From positions 1,482,551 to 1,546,550 of the forward strand of contig OZ242260.1 of the NCBI GenBank assembly GCA_965207065.1: a DNA stretch of 64,000 bases, given 5' to 3'. The position numbers were made by a program, and so were the translations under genes. This DNA comes from a bacterium (lineage in GTDB: Bacteria > UBA8248). Shown piece after piece: positions 1-10,548 of this stretch (position 1 is its first letter; each line of letters begins with the position of its first letter). The notes beneath the pieces were generated by a model that saw only the letters and a program-made list of their open reading frames with translations, made no database searches and was not told the origin of the DNA.

Positions 1-468
1 TCAACGCAGACGTCCACGGAAGCGGGGTCGCGATCATGGACCCGTGCGCAGAACCAGTCGACGGCGCACCGGTAATCATCGACCGTCTTGGCGGCGTAAC
101 CGAGGCTGCGTAACTCTGCCAGGAACGCGTCGCGATGAGGCGCCAGCCGGCCGGGGCCGCCCGGCGCCGAAGATGTTTCACGATTGAGGCTGGAAGACAT
201 GTGCCGCTCCTTTCCCTGTAAGGTGGATGGAGCGAACGAGCATCGGCCAATCCGGCGTCCGCTTCCAGATCGTCGATTGGGAAATCGCCCGGGTATCGCC
301 GTGCGAGCGAACTCTCCGCGTGCTAAAAACAGGTTCAGGGATGCTCCCGATTATGCCGACAAAGCGAGAGCGCAAGTGAGCGGAATCAAGGGGTTCGAAG
401 ACGAACGCGGCATAATCCGGTTAGCGGCATTAATGGCATTATGCCGATATCGGCATAACGCCAGGGAA

Positions 469-723
469 CGGGCGATCCGCGGGCCGGCCATCGGGCGCCG
501 ATTGAGCTTCGGTTCCAACAGCGAGGACGGCGCGAAGTTCACCGCCACCATGTACTCCGTCATCGGCACGCTCTCGATGAACGGCATCGACGTGCCGCGC
601 TGGCTGGAGGCATGGTTGGACGCCTGCGCGAAGAATGGCGGCAAACCGCCGGACGACCTGTCCCCTTGGCTGCCCTGGACGATGAGCGACGCGCGCAGGC
701 GCAAGTTCACGGCGCAGGAATGA
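469..723 (+). pseudogene. IS66-family transposase (TnpC) C-terminal remnant
   Basis: Translation ...AIGRRLSFGSNSEDGAKFTATMYSVIGTLSMNGIDVPRWLEAWL... matches the conserved C-terminal block of IS66 TnpC proteins; only ~85 aa remain; the frame is open from nt 100 but the upstream part is non-homologous. Confidence 0.55.
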
Positions 724-1601
724 CCGGCGCCATCGAGTGCCGGTACCACGGGCGCGACTTCACCACCGATGAGATGGCGCTGCTGCGCGCCCTGATCGCC
801 GCCGATCCACAGCCGACCCGCGCCGCCCTGTCCAGAGAGTTCTGCCGGCGTATCGGCTGGCTCAAGCCCGACGGCGGCCTCAAGGACATGATGGCCAAGG
901 TGACCATGCTCGCCATGCACCGCGACGGCGTGATCGCCCTGCCGCCGCCGAGGGGCAGGCAGGGCCGGCCCAAGCCCATCGTCTTCGGGCCTGACACCGA
1001 GCAGCCGCTGTTCCCCGCGCCGAGGACACTCGACGAGGTTCGCCCGCTCGACTTCCGCACCGTCGTGCGCAATACCCGGGAAGGCAGGCTCTGGAACGAG
1101 TTCGTCGCCCGCTACCACTACCTCGGCTACAAACGCCTGGTCGGCGCCCAGATGCGCTACGCCGTCCATGACCGAAACGGCTGGCCCGTCGCCATGCTCG
1201 GCTTCTCCACCGCCGCATGGAAGCTCGCCCCGCGCGACCGCTTCATCGGATGGACGCCCGAGATGCGCGAGAAGAATCTGCTGCTGGTGGTGGACAACCC
1301 GCGCTTCCTGATCCTGCCATGGATCAAGATCCCCAACCTCGGCTCCCACCTCCTCGCCATCGTGCGCCGTCGCCTGCCCCGCGACTGGACCGCGCGCTAA
1401 AACGTCACCCCGGTGATCATCGAGACTTTCGTCGAGACCCCGCGCTACACCGGCGCGGTCTACCGCGCCTCGGGCTGGACCCGCGTCGGGACCACCCAGG
1501 GGCGCGGGCGCTACGACACCCACATGAAGCGGGCGGAGCCCAGGAAGGACATCTGGCTGCGGCCGCTGAGACGAGACTGGAAGCGAACGCTCAATCGCTG
1601 A
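720..1601 (+). pseudogene. DUF4338-like protein, interrupted by an in-frame TAA (1398-1400)
   Basis: ATG at 720 overlaps the stop of the upstream ORF (ATGA); conserved block WNEFVARYHYLGYKRLVGAQMRYAV...FLILPW...; the same frame continues after the TAA as ...VIIETFVETPRYTGAVYRASGW... Confidence 0.5.
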
Positions 1602-1754
1602 AATCACCATCCATCACCTGAGAACGGAAGCATTACCCTCCTCGCCATGGCCACACCGCTCATGGGCCGCGACCACCACGTCACGTGCGTGCATCGTCTT
1701 CAGCCCGTTCGCCTTCTCGATCGGCAACGCATCGGGGGCGGGGAAGTTGGTCAT

Positions 1755-2930
1755 TTAGGCCCGGATCGCGTAGGCGGGCCTGCCGTTTGCGGCCGCGAGT
1801 TCTCCCTCACCCAGGCCCAGCGACCCGGGGATGACGCGCCGGGTCACCACGTAGCGGATCACGTGATGCGGCAGCGAGCGGCGACACTCCGACGAGACGT
1901 AGGGAAGCTCGGCGCATTCGAGTTTCGGCTTGTCCGGCCCCGCCGCACCGACCCCCGTCTCGGCCGGCGCCGCCACCGGCTGCCAGGCATCGTCCGTGAG
2001 CCGCGCCACCTCCGCCATCAGCTGCGCCGAGCGTGTCGCGCCGCAGATCAGCCCGATGGTCCCGAACCGACGGGTCCCCTCGCTACGGAAGCCAGGGTCG
2101 TTGCAGGTGCGGATCACGTCGTCCTGATAGCCCGCCCCGTCGGTGCGCAGCGTGACCCGGCGGACATCCCCGGGCGGCTGCAACAGGGTCTCCCGGAGTG
2201 CGCGCTCGTTGTCGAGCTTCGCCGGCACGTTGCCGTCACGGCTCTCCAGCCACGGCACCATCCCGATCTCGGGACAGAAGGCGACCAGCGGGTGGTAGCC
2301 CCGCTCGCCCGGAACCAGACCCTCCGCCGCGCGGTAGGTATACAGGCACTCGCGCTTGCCGGACGCGATGATCGTCGCATCGAGGTCGATGGTCAGCGCG
2401 ACCGCGCCCGCCTCGCGCACCCCTTCCGCCATTAGACGCCGGCCCACCTCGCGGAACAGTTCGTGGCGCTCGGTGTGCGCCGGGATGAAGGCCGTGCCCT
2501 TCTCGCGCTCGACGTCATGCACCCCCGCGATATGGAACCGGTCGAGCCAGTCGCGCAGCGAGCGCGCCGAGGGAAAGCAGCGCTCGCGTCCGCCCCGGAA
2601 CCGCCTGGCGATGGCGCGCCGCGACAGCCCCAGCAGCTTCGGCTCGAAGCGACCGAGCATCGCGCAAAGCCCCGCATCGACCTCCAGATGCTCGATGTCC
2701 GACACCCGGTCGAACCCGGTGACGTTGAGAACCAGTACCGCGAGGATCATCTGCGCGTCGCTCCAGCCTTGCGCCGGGCTGCCGCCTGTGCATGGGAGGC
2801 CAATCAGGATGCGCTTCGCCGCCAGCACTTCGAACAGCAACACCAGCCCGCCGCGTGCCGTCGCGGCCGCGCCCTCCCGAGACACTTCGAGCTTGCTCGG
2901 AGAGCGATAAGGCTGTACCATGGTCTTCAC
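1755..2930 (-). mobile_element. DDE transposase, IS1380/IS701-like, probably C-terminally truncated
   Basis: 391-aa ORF with a transposase-like composition (TIDLDATII..., YHPLVAF...); shorter than full-length family members; family assignment by recollection only. Confidence 0.45.
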
Positions 2931-3033
2931 TCGGCTGGTGACGCCCCAAGGGGCGGGTTAGAGGCACTAACCCATCGTAAGCAATGGCCCAGCCGGGCAC
3001 TCACCCTTTTCTGCTCGCCGATCGGGGCTTCGG

Positions 3034-3978
3034 TTGGTATATGTTAAAGATGGGCTAACCACGGGAGAAAGACGCATGGCATACCTAAATGGACAATCGG
3101 GGCGAGCCGCGATGCAGGCGGTTGTCGCCGCGTCCGCCCTGTTAATTCTTGCTTCCTGCGGAGGCGGTGGTGGGGACAGAAACAGCGGCCCTGCTTCCTT
3201 TCCAACTTCCAGCAGCATCCAAGTTCTGACCAACTCGCAACCTCCGCAAGAAACACCGGCCGATGTTTCGTCAAGGCTGGCGGAGGTTATTTCCCGAATG
3301 GACTCCTTGTTCGCCTCAACATGGTTCGAACAACCACGTGAACCGTCTGCTTCAACGCTCAGTGTCCCATCATCATGTGACGGGACAACATGCAGGTTTG
3401 AGCCACAAACCGGGGGTTCGGTCACTTACGACCAGAACAATATCGAGTACGACCCCACGACGAACAAAACCGTTCTCAGCAAGCATGGAATTACCATTAC
3501 TAGGGCCGGGGCAAGTTACGGATCCTTGATGAACCACAGCCTGTTTTCAATTTTAAGCGATGATAATGGGGAAGCCAATGCCTTGCGCCGTTTCTCTTAT
3601 GCTGGCGGGGACCTGACGGGATCACGGCCAAGCGCATCCGCCACTTGGCACGGAATCATGGTAGGAGTTCCGATTGCCGCTCCCGGGCGCAACGATTTCC
3701 TGCAAGGGGACGCAATCCTAACCTACGACTTCTCGGGAAGTTCTCTTGATGCGTCGTTCACCAACATCAAGGACATCACGAGGAATCGTGATCACTCTGT
3801 CCCCAGCGTCCGGTTCCCTGATGTTCCTGTAGCTTCGAGCGGGACATTTCAGTTTCAGGACGGGACAAAGGGGAACCGCATTCAGGGTGGGTTTTACGGC
3901 CCCGGACATACCGAGACGGCGGGCACCTTCGAGCGGTCGGGCATCGTCGGTTCTTTCGGAGCCAAACATCGGCCCTAA
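3034..3978 (+). CDS. Surface lipoprotein of the TbpB/fHbp-like (Slam-type SLP) family
   Basis: Lipobox LLILASCGGGGG; C-terminus ...GTFQFQDGTKGNRIQGGFYGPGHTETAGTFERSGIVGSFGAKHRP is the typical TbpB-like 'handle' barrel ending (GxFYG...E.GG.F...GAFGAK); the start may be the internal Met at 3076. Confidence 0.6.
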   Translation: MVYVKDGLTTGERRMAYLNGQSGRAAMQAVVAASALLILASCGGGGGDRNSGPASFPTSSSIQVLTNSQPPQETPADVSSRLAEVISRMDSLFASTWFEQPREPSASTLSVPSSCDGTTCRFEPQTGGSVTYDQNNIEYDPTTNKTVLSKHGITITRAGASYGSLMNHSLFSILSDDNGEANALRRFSYAGGDLTGSRPSASATWHGIMVGVPIAAPGRNDFLQGDAILTYDFSGSSLDASFTNIKDITRNRDHSVPSVRFPDVPVASSGTFQFQDGTKGNRIQGGFYGPGHTETAGTFERSGIVGSFGAKHRP

Positions 3979-4051
3979 ACCAACATAGATCTCCTATGAG
4001 GCGCGCAGAACTGGCGTTATCGCTCTGCATATGTTCCCTCTATAGGAGATA

Positions 4052-4248
4052 CGGATATCGAGGCCACCTTCCGCAGCCTCTAATCCGAGTTCGGCCTTCG
4101 CCCGATCTGGCACCAGTTCGACCGTCGCATCGCGGCCCACCTGCTGATCGCCGTGCTGGCCTATCACGCCGTGCATCTGATCCGCACCCGGCTGGCCGCG
4201 CGGGGCATCCACAGTGTTCCCCGCCCGCGCGGGGATGAACCTAGTTGA
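4052..4248 (+). pseudogene. IS4/IS1634-family transposase C-terminal remnant with in-frame stop
   Basis: Translation ...ATFRSL*SELGLRPIWHQFDRRIAAHLLIAVLAYHAVHLIRTRL... is the conserved extreme C-terminus of IS4-group transposases; TAA replaces a Lys codon. Confidence 0.5.
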
Positions 4249-4360
4249 AGCCCCATGGCAAAACTCGCTAAGTCCTTATCGAATAACTGATAAGCTGATC
4301 TATTCATCGTTTAGAGGGTTTGGATTCTGAAGTTCGTAAGACTGTAATTACAAGCTCGAC

Positions 4361-5263
4361 TCAGATTGTCGAGAGTGTGTCTCGAAGCTTTGTCCACAGT
4401 TGGCGTTCTTGCTGATAGCGGTCCCCCGCCAATTCCAACTCATCAGGGGACAGCTCCTTCAAGAATGCGAAACCCCGCGCGCAATCGGCAGTGATTTGTT
4501 CCTGCTCGATCGTCTGTGTTTTCCGGACCAGTTGCCTGAGGTCGTCCCAATCGAAGGCATCGGCCTCCTGAAATTTCGCCATGAGTGCGTCCGGGTCGAA
4601 GACGTCTCCTGCCTGCCAGAGCTTGAGCACGACGAGCCGACGAATTAGCGGTTTATCGAGCGGCCGGGTCGCAAACATAGCGAGGTCGTAAATGTCACGT
4701 GCCTTGTTTCGCTGGAAGCAAGCACGAAGCTTCTCGGCGATAATTTCGGGCAGTGCCAAGCATGTGATGTCGACTGGGTCGAAGGGTAAGTGTCGGAAGT
4801 AACTCTGTGAGCATTGCGATTTCCGTGACAAGGAAAGACTGGGTATCTCCCGCTGGCTGATCTGAATCCTGATCTCGCTTTCTCCGCCTGGATTCCATTC
4901 GTGTGCGTAAACCGGATTGACACCCCATGACAAACCATCCTGCGTTTCGTAGTAGCTGCCATCCGAAATGCTGAACTGGATTCCGTGAAACGGATGCTCG
5001 AACGCTTCCATTATGGCAAGGATGACGTCTTCGTGATCGTGCTCTTCGGTCCCCGTAAAATCAAGATCGGTCGAAAATCGCCCTCCACTTCCGATGAACA
5101 TCTTGCGCAGGCAGGTGCCACCTTTGAAGGCGAGCCTTTCTAGAATTCCGTGCTCTGCCATCAGCTGGAGCATGTAGGTGAGCACGACTTCGATTTCTGC
5201 GATCATGATGTTGCGCAGCCCGGCTTCTGCGGAGTAGCGCTGGACCTGTGGACGGGTAAGCAT
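4361..5263 (-). CDS. abiEii: AbiEii/AbiGii-family nucleotidyltransferase toxin (type IV toxin-antitoxin)
   Basis: Motif KGGTCLRKMFIGSGGRFSTDLDF typical of DUF1814/AbiEii; start overlaps the antitoxin stop. Confidence 0.75.
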   Translation of the reverse strand: MLTRPQVQRYSAEAGLRNIMIAEIEVVLTYMLQLMAEHGILERLAFKGGTCLRKMFIGSGGRFSTDLDFTGTEEHDHEDVILAIMEAFEHPFHGIQFSISDGSYYETQDGLSWGVNPVYAHEWNPGGESEIRIQISQREIPSLSLSRKSQCSQSYFRHLPFDPVDITCLALPEIIAEKLRACFQRNKARDIYDLAMFATRPLDKPLIRRLVVLKLWQAGDVFDPDALMAKFQEADAFDWDDLRQLVRKTQTIEQEQITADCARGFAFLKELSPDELELAGDRYQQERQLWTKLRDTLSTI

Positions 5264-5266
5264 GGC

Positions 5267-6136
5267 TCAACTTACCCGGTCGACCGTGTGCCGCCGTGCG
5301 AGACTGGCACTCTCGCGCAGTTCCTCTATCCCGACGTTGACGTTGAGCTGCCAGGCGTCCTGATAGCCGATGGCGCTGGGTTTGGGGTTTCTCGGGCCGA
5401 GGAATGCCTTGCTGTTTCCTTTCGATAAATCGAGAAGATGTGCGTAGACGTCGTTAGGGACGGTGGCACCGGCATGATCGGCCAGCCATCCGAAACGTCG
5501 CGTGAGGGTGCGGGAGGCAATCCGTTCCAGATAGTTGGTCGCCCTGTACCAGTCGATGCGACGGCATGCTGTTGCGAGAATAGTCGCGGCCTCTCCCTCA
5601 CCGCCGGCGAGGTCTGGGCGGTCGATGCAGTCGATGACGGTCTTCTCCCGGTCCGACATCATGACCGTGTAACCCAGCACCTCGACTGGCCCGAACCCGA
5701 AGAATTTGCATTGGACCGGATTGATGATACGGACATCGGTATCGAGCACACGCCGGTTGCGCGTACGCACTGGTGTGACGAGCTGAACTACATGGCGGTG
5801 CTGTGTTGTGAACCCGTAGTGCGTCGCGGCCGTGCCGTAGCCGAAGTAATAGGGGTCGGCGATGCGGCTGGCGAGTGCCAATACATTGCTTTCCCCTAGG
5901 GCGTCTGGGCCCATTTCAGGAGGTATGAGCAGATACCGGCCCCAACTCGCGCGTTCCAGCCAACCCTTCCGGCGCAGCGCCCGGATCACATGATCCGCAG
6001 CTTGCGGGCTGACGCCCAGCATGTCGATGATCTCCTGGCGCTCCACTTCCTTGCTGCCGTGCTCTGCCAGACTGAGGACGACACGGCTTTCCTGGGGCGA
6101 TAACGACCGAGTATTGAACGCCATAGTTCCATCCAA
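5267..6136 (-). CDS. abiEi: AbiEi-family antitoxin / transcriptional regulator
   Basis: 289 aa, N-terminal winged-HTH-like region; immediately upstream of and translationally coupled to abiEii; low-GC island. Confidence 0.65.
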   Translation of the reverse strand: MDGTMAFNTRSLSPQESRVVLSLAEHGSKEVERQEIIDMLGVSPQAADHVIRALRRKGWLERASWGRYLLIPPEMGPDALGESNVLALASRIADPYYFGYGTAATHYGFTTQHRHVVQLVTPVRTRNRRVLDTDVRIINPVQCKFFGFGPVEVLGYTVMMSDREKTVIDCIDRPDLAGGEGEAATILATACRRIDWYRATNYLERIASRTLTRRFGWLADHAGATVPNDVYAHLLDLSKGNSKAFLGPRNPKPSAIGYQDAWQLNVNVGIEELRESASLARRHTVDRVS

Positions 6137-6198
6137 TGCGAAACATCATCAAAACTGCGTTTTCGCGAAAAAAGTATCATGCACCAGAATAACAATCA

Positions 6199-6251
6199 AT
6201 ATAATATGTAACAAAACAAAGATATTATTCATGTTTTGTTACATATTATAT
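6199..6251. promoter_or_regulatory. Perfect 20-bp inverted repeat (ATATAATATGTAACAAAACA-N13-TGTTTTGTTACATATTATAT), candidate AbiEi operator
   Basis: Read directly from the sequence ~60 bp upstream of the abiEi start; AbiEi antitoxins autoregulate via inverted repeats in their promoter. Confidence 0.6.
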
Positions 6252-6838
6252 CATCGCTCACGGTCGGCACCCAAGACACTCCGGCATACTCCGCAAATTC
6301 GAGAATGGGCAAATACGTCGGCGGAAGACCGCCATCCCCTAGAGCAATGTCCCGCACCAGTAAGCATTATCTAATGCCATTTTCGGCATGATGCGTGTCG
6401 CTGACGTGCAGCGCTGGTTCGATTCCATGAGCGACACCCCATCAACTCCAATCGGACTTTGCCTGTGCTCTAATGATGTGACAGACGGGGCTTTGGGAGT
6501 TTCACCCTCAGCGTTCACACCTCAGTAGCAACATGCGCTGCTAAATGGCAAAGCCGCACGAGCAGTTCATGTCGCCGGACAAGCTGAAGCACTTAGGCTC
6601 CATGCTCGCTCACGCTGATGGCAATCAGGCTACAGTAGAACCCCGGCTCTACTACTCGCAGAGGTACGGTCCTCGGAAACCACCGGCCTCAGATGGAACT
6701 GGATATTCGGCACCAACGTGGTGCTGCCCGATAGCAAGACTGACCGAAGGCAGACCAGCTTCCACTGCCCGCGCGAGTTACCTCCCCACTGGGAAATCTA
6801 GATTCGACGGAGAGATGGGGCGTCTCTAACCCAGGCTA

Positions 6839-9679
6839 TTAGAGTCCCAGCGTTGCGCAAAGCTCTTTCAGTTTTTCTTTGGGAGATTCGGGAATGTCGG
6901 ATTCGATGAGCTTGTCGATGAGTTCTTTGCCCTTATACCACGCATGAGGGGGCGATTCACACCCGCCCAAATGGAGCAACAGCTTCGCAACCACCTCTGG
7001 ATACCGCCGCCACAAATCGGAGTGGTTGATCTTATGAATTGACAAACCACGTTGCATCGGCTCTTTCGGCATACGAACTGCCAAGACAATTGCTTCGGGA
7101 AATACGTCGCTCTTCAAATACGGCAGCCAATTAAGCATTTGCTCGATTTCACCGACGTTGAGCGGCTTTGGTACACCCTTTAATCGGTTTTGCCAATAGC
7201 GCTTGAGCCAGCGTTTCCACAATGCTTGTTGTTTTTCTTCATTCATTCTACGAAGAAGTTCGTGTATTCGTGATGCGAAATGACTCTGGTCCTCTTCATC
7301 AGAATTATTAAAGAATTCGGGAATCCAGTCCTGGATAGGATCATCGACATAGTACACTAGCATGAGGGTATAGGCTTCGATGAAGCTTGCTCGTCGAGGT
7401 CCATAAAAAATTTCATTTTTGATCTGCGAAACCGCTTCAAGAAAAGGAGCCTTCATAAGCTCGGCCACGGGCGGGCTGAGGGACACATACCGAAAACCAT
7501 CCCATACCGCCTGATAATCACTTATATTGTCATTTGCCATGAATAAAGCCAGCAAATTTTCTCTTGTCCATTTTTCATCGACTGTCAGCAAAAAGGGAAG
7601 TTGACTTACGAGAACAGAGCGCCCCAATCTTCCAGCCAACGATTTCTCTTGAACGATACGAGACAACGCGTCGAGATACTCACCACGGAGAGCATCAGGC
7701 TTAGAGTCTTGCGCTTTTCGCCGCAGAGAAAGACTCCCCAGCCAGAACTGGGCGAGCACGCCGCCGGGATGAACAATGGCTTGATTGTGCCAATTAGAAG
7801 AATTATCGGATGATGCGTCGCGGTCGAGATGTTCCCACAACCTCATGGCAACCTCGTGGGCTTTGGGGAGTAACCTAGGCGTATAAGGCGCGCCGCCGCT
7901 CCTTACGAGCGTGTAAAGCACATCGGCAACTAAACGAGCGCATTCCTGGTACAGTTCACCTCTACTCAGTCGGCAAAGCACTTCGCGGTGCTCGTCCTCA
8001 GTCAGTTCGTTCGACCACGAGCGGAGCAAGGGTTCCCAAAGATCGGAATCCCACACATCCCGCTTGGCTAATTCGTCTACCAAACCGATGCCCCACTCGA
8101 AATTCTGATTTGCCGCATCCTCGACAGCACGAACGAGTCCTCTGCGGTCAGGTCCGTCAAATCTCGACAAATCCGTTTCTTGAAAGGACAATAACTTGTT
8201 CACCCATTCCTCGGCTGGCCGAGACAGAAGTTCCTCGGTGCTCCAAGGGCTTTGAGAGCCAACCGACATCCTATGCCAGGATAATAGATCCGGATGTTCA
8301 TACGGTTGGAAATCAGGATATTGCTCCGATACATCGTCTAGAGCTTCCTTGGCAAAAGGACAGTCCTGGTCGGCGCTATGAAGCCAGTGGAGCAGGCGAA
8401 AATGATGATAGGCAGTCGATTCCTCTTTGTCCTCGTCCTTTTTTATGGGCCAATGGAAAGCGTGCACAGCCTTGATAATGGCCTTTCGCCGTTTCGAGTC
8501 GGCTTCGGGATATGTTTGTTTCAAAAACACAAACACTTCATGATGCGCGGGAGTATCGTGCAAATCCATTCGAGTCAGAAACCAGTCGATTTTCTCGTTT
8601 GGGGTCAAATCTTCGCGTTTAAGCAATGTATGTACCGCCAATCGACGCAAAAGCGGCGCATCCAAATTGACGAGTTGGTCGCACCATCGCGCTGCCGCCT
8701 CCGGCCGATGTGACACCAGCCATTCCAGACAATCACGCGCCACATTTATCAGCATACTGATCGGTTCGTAGTATTCATCTTGTTCATGAGGTTCAATGGC
8801 GCTGCGGCAAAAACTCGACGGATCATAATCACGTGTCGCCGCCTGCCATGCGCAAAGCCTGCGGTGTTGCGCCGCCAAGTGTTCGACGACAGGCGCCAAT
8901 AAAAGCTCTGCCACACGATCTATATTCGGCTTCAACCCCTTTTCCCAAAGTTCATTTAGCTCATACAAACTATGCGTCGACGACAACTCCACATAGATGG
9001 GCGGGTGTTGGTCGTCCGTATTTTCACCAGAAGAGGTAAAACCCGGTTTGATTTCAAGATGACTCGTTGCGCAAGCCACGAAGATTTCAATGAGACTATT
9101 CACCAACCCCGCCTCAATGCAGCGCTCTCCCAAACATTGCAACAGGTGCTCGTCAAGATGTGCAGGAGCAGTGAAAAGCAACAACGAAACCCAACGCGAT
9201 AAGGTATCCGCATCCAGAGGCGGATCATTTTGCAATCCAATCTTCCAGCCTAATCGAGACCAGAACTCTGGGTGCACACGCATTCCGTGTCGGCCAATCA
9301 AGAGAAAAAGTGCATCGGCATTTTCATATACGAATTTCTGCGCCAGCCACCATGCCAATAGCTTATCTCGTTCGCAGATTTCACCGACGCAGAAGAGTCC
9401 GTCCAGATGCTTGCGCTCATCAAGCCAGTCGACCCATTCAGGTGATGAAGCGGCTTCGACGAAGAAACGCGTTTTCACTACATCCGACAGGGCTTCTTCA
9501 ATGAGATCCATTTCTTCCTCGTTAAGGGAAGGCCGCTTCTCCGCTAGGTCAGTTATCTCGCGCTGCCAGTCCAGGATGCCGCGCGCCGCATAATCGGCAA
9601 AACCCTTAACGCCGTTGTAGAGATTTTTTTGTCGGTCGACGGTGGATAGATAATCGGCTCGATGCCGAGCAGTCGCCAC
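6839..9679 (-). CDS. Large alpha-helical C-terminal region (DUF4020-like) of a DSR-like SIR2 defence protein; separated from the SIR2 ORF by a frameshift at an A7 tract
   Basis: 946-aa Trp-rich helical ORF with no P-loop; it would be fused to the SIR2 ORF by a -1 shift in caaaaaaatc (plus-strand ttttttt ~9624-9630); low-GC island. Confidence 0.55.
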   Translation of the reverse strand: MATARHRADYLSTVDRQKNLYNGVKGFADYAARGILDWQREITDLAEKRPSLNEEEMDLIEEALSDVVKTRFFVEAASSPEWVDWLDERKHLDGLFCVGEICERDKLLAWWLAQKFVYENADALFLLIGRHGMRVHPEFWSRLGWKIGLQNDPPLDADTLSRWVSLLLFTAPAHLDEHLLQCLGERCIEAGLVNSLIEIFVACATSHLEIKPGFTSSGENTDDQHPPIYVELSSTHSLYELNELWEKGLKPNIDRVAELLLAPVVEHLAAQHRRLCAWQAATRDYDPSSFCRSAIEPHEQDEYYEPISMLINVARDCLEWLVSHRPEAAARWCDQLVNLDAPLLRRLAVHTLLKREDLTPNEKIDWFLTRMDLHDTPAHHEVFVFLKQTYPEADSKRRKAIIKAVHAFHWPIKKDEDKEESTAYHHFRLLHWLHSADQDCPFAKEALDDVSEQYPDFQPYEHPDLLSWHRMSVGSQSPWSTEELLSRPAEEWVNKLLSFQETDLSRFDGPDRRGLVRAVEDAANQNFEWGIGLVDELAKRDVWDSDLWEPLLRSWSNELTEDEHREVLCRLSRGELYQECARLVADVLYTLVRSGGAPYTPRLLPKAHEVAMRLWEHLDRDASSDNSSNWHNQAIVHPGGVLAQFWLGSLSLRRKAQDSKPDALRGEYLDALSRIVQEKSLAGRLGRSVLVSQLPFLLTVDEKWTRENLLALFMANDNISDYQAVWDGFRYVSLSPPVAELMKAPFLEAVSQIKNEIFYGPRRASFIEAYTLMLVYYVDDPIQDWIPEFFNNSDEEDQSHFASRIHELLRRMNEEKQQALWKRWLKRYWQNRLKGVPKPLNVGEIEQMLNWLPYLKSDVFPEAIVLAVRMPKEPMQRGLSIHKINHSDLWRRYPEVVAKLLLHLGGCESPPHAWYKGKELIDKLIESDIPESPKEKLKELCATLGL

Positions 9680-10374
9680 CGCGCCGCATCGGTCTCATCC
9701 GTGAGCGCGAAACGCCCTCCTGTTTCATCCACCGGCAACGCCCGAGCCAGATAATTCATAATCGTATCGTTGTGGCTATAGCCGACGAAGAGAACGGTGA
9801 ACGAACGGAACAAGTCGAGGAGAAAACGCCGCGCCCATCCCTCAGTCAGATATGCGCGACCGAAATCCGCGTCCGTAAGCACCATGTCCACAGGATGGGT
9901 GACCGCGCCATGAACGTGAACTATGCCATTAAAGTCATGACCCAGAGGAAGCGCCGGTGCCCGAAACACTTCGAGCTTAGAGTCGAATATGTCCTCCGCC
10001 GCCTGTTCGAACAGCAGGTCGAAGTTAGTGGTGATAACCCGAATCGGTCGTGGCGCCGAGTAGAGTCTTAGCAGAGCACGATGCAAGTCGGTCGGTTTCG
10101 GATCATTTCTGAAAAGTTCTTCTTTCACCCGTTCATGTACGTTAACGCCCTTTTGCCGGAGTTTACCCAGAAAGCGGTCCTCAGTCTCATGCTCTCCTAG
10201 TTTTTCCCCGGTCCCTTGCGCAACTGCCAGTACCAGATCCCTGAAGTTCGGAAGATTCGCCGGTTCACCCATCGAAACACCCGCGCCCGCAAAGACGACC
10301 AAAGTCCCGTCACGCAAGGCGTCCAACAGTGGTCCGGGAAAATCAATGCCTGAAATCTTCACGCTTGTCTCCAA
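9553..10374 (-). CDS. SIR2-family (SIR2_2/ThsA-like) NADase domain protein, N-terminal part of a DSR-like defence protein
   Basis: LVVFAGAGVSMG (Rossmann), ITTNFD (catalytic Asn), VHVHG (catalytic His), FVGYSHND; 3' end overlaps the next ORF by 127 nt. Confidence 0.7.
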   Translation of the reverse strand: METSVKISGIDFPGPLLDALRDGTLVVFAGAGVSMGEPANLPNFRDLVLAVAQGTGEKLGEHETEDRFLGKLRQKGVNVHERVKEELFRNDPKPTDLHRALLRLYSAPRPIRVITTNFDLLFEQAAEDIFDSKLEVFRAPALPLGHDFNGIVHVHGAVTHPVDMVLTDADFGRAYLTEGWARRFLLDLFRSFTVLFVGYSHNDTIMNYLARALPVDETGGRFALTDETDAARWRLLGIEPIIYPPSTDKKISTTALRVLPIMRRAASWTGSAR

Positions 10375-10548
10375 TGACTACCGGAGAACTATCGGCGGAG
10401 TTCCATGCCAAGATACTATGAGGGAATCATCAGTCTCACGCCAGTGACTAGTGCGGCCAATAATGATGGCTTTACCTTCCTGAACCACTCGGACCGGGGA
10501 ATCCGAGTCACGAGTTGTCATTCTCTGAATTCGCACGATCTCACATTT

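Noticed and set aside
351-1610. 419-aa minus-strand ORF, plus similar long ORFs at 1647-2435(+), 11132-12154(-), 28130-28813(+), 29111-29935(-), 30464-31483(-) and the N-terminal 330 aa of 34649-36571(-)
   Set aside because: All lie antisense to, or frame-shifted within, well-supported genes in 65-70% GC DNA. Their composition is Arg/Ala/Gly/Pro-rich and motif-free, as expected for GC-driven spurious ORFs.
3263-3529. Short ORFs nested inside the SLP gene and the group II intron regions (e.g. 3263-3529, 16263-16451, 16424-16627)
   Set aside because: They lie inside a better-supported gene or inside structured intron RNA.
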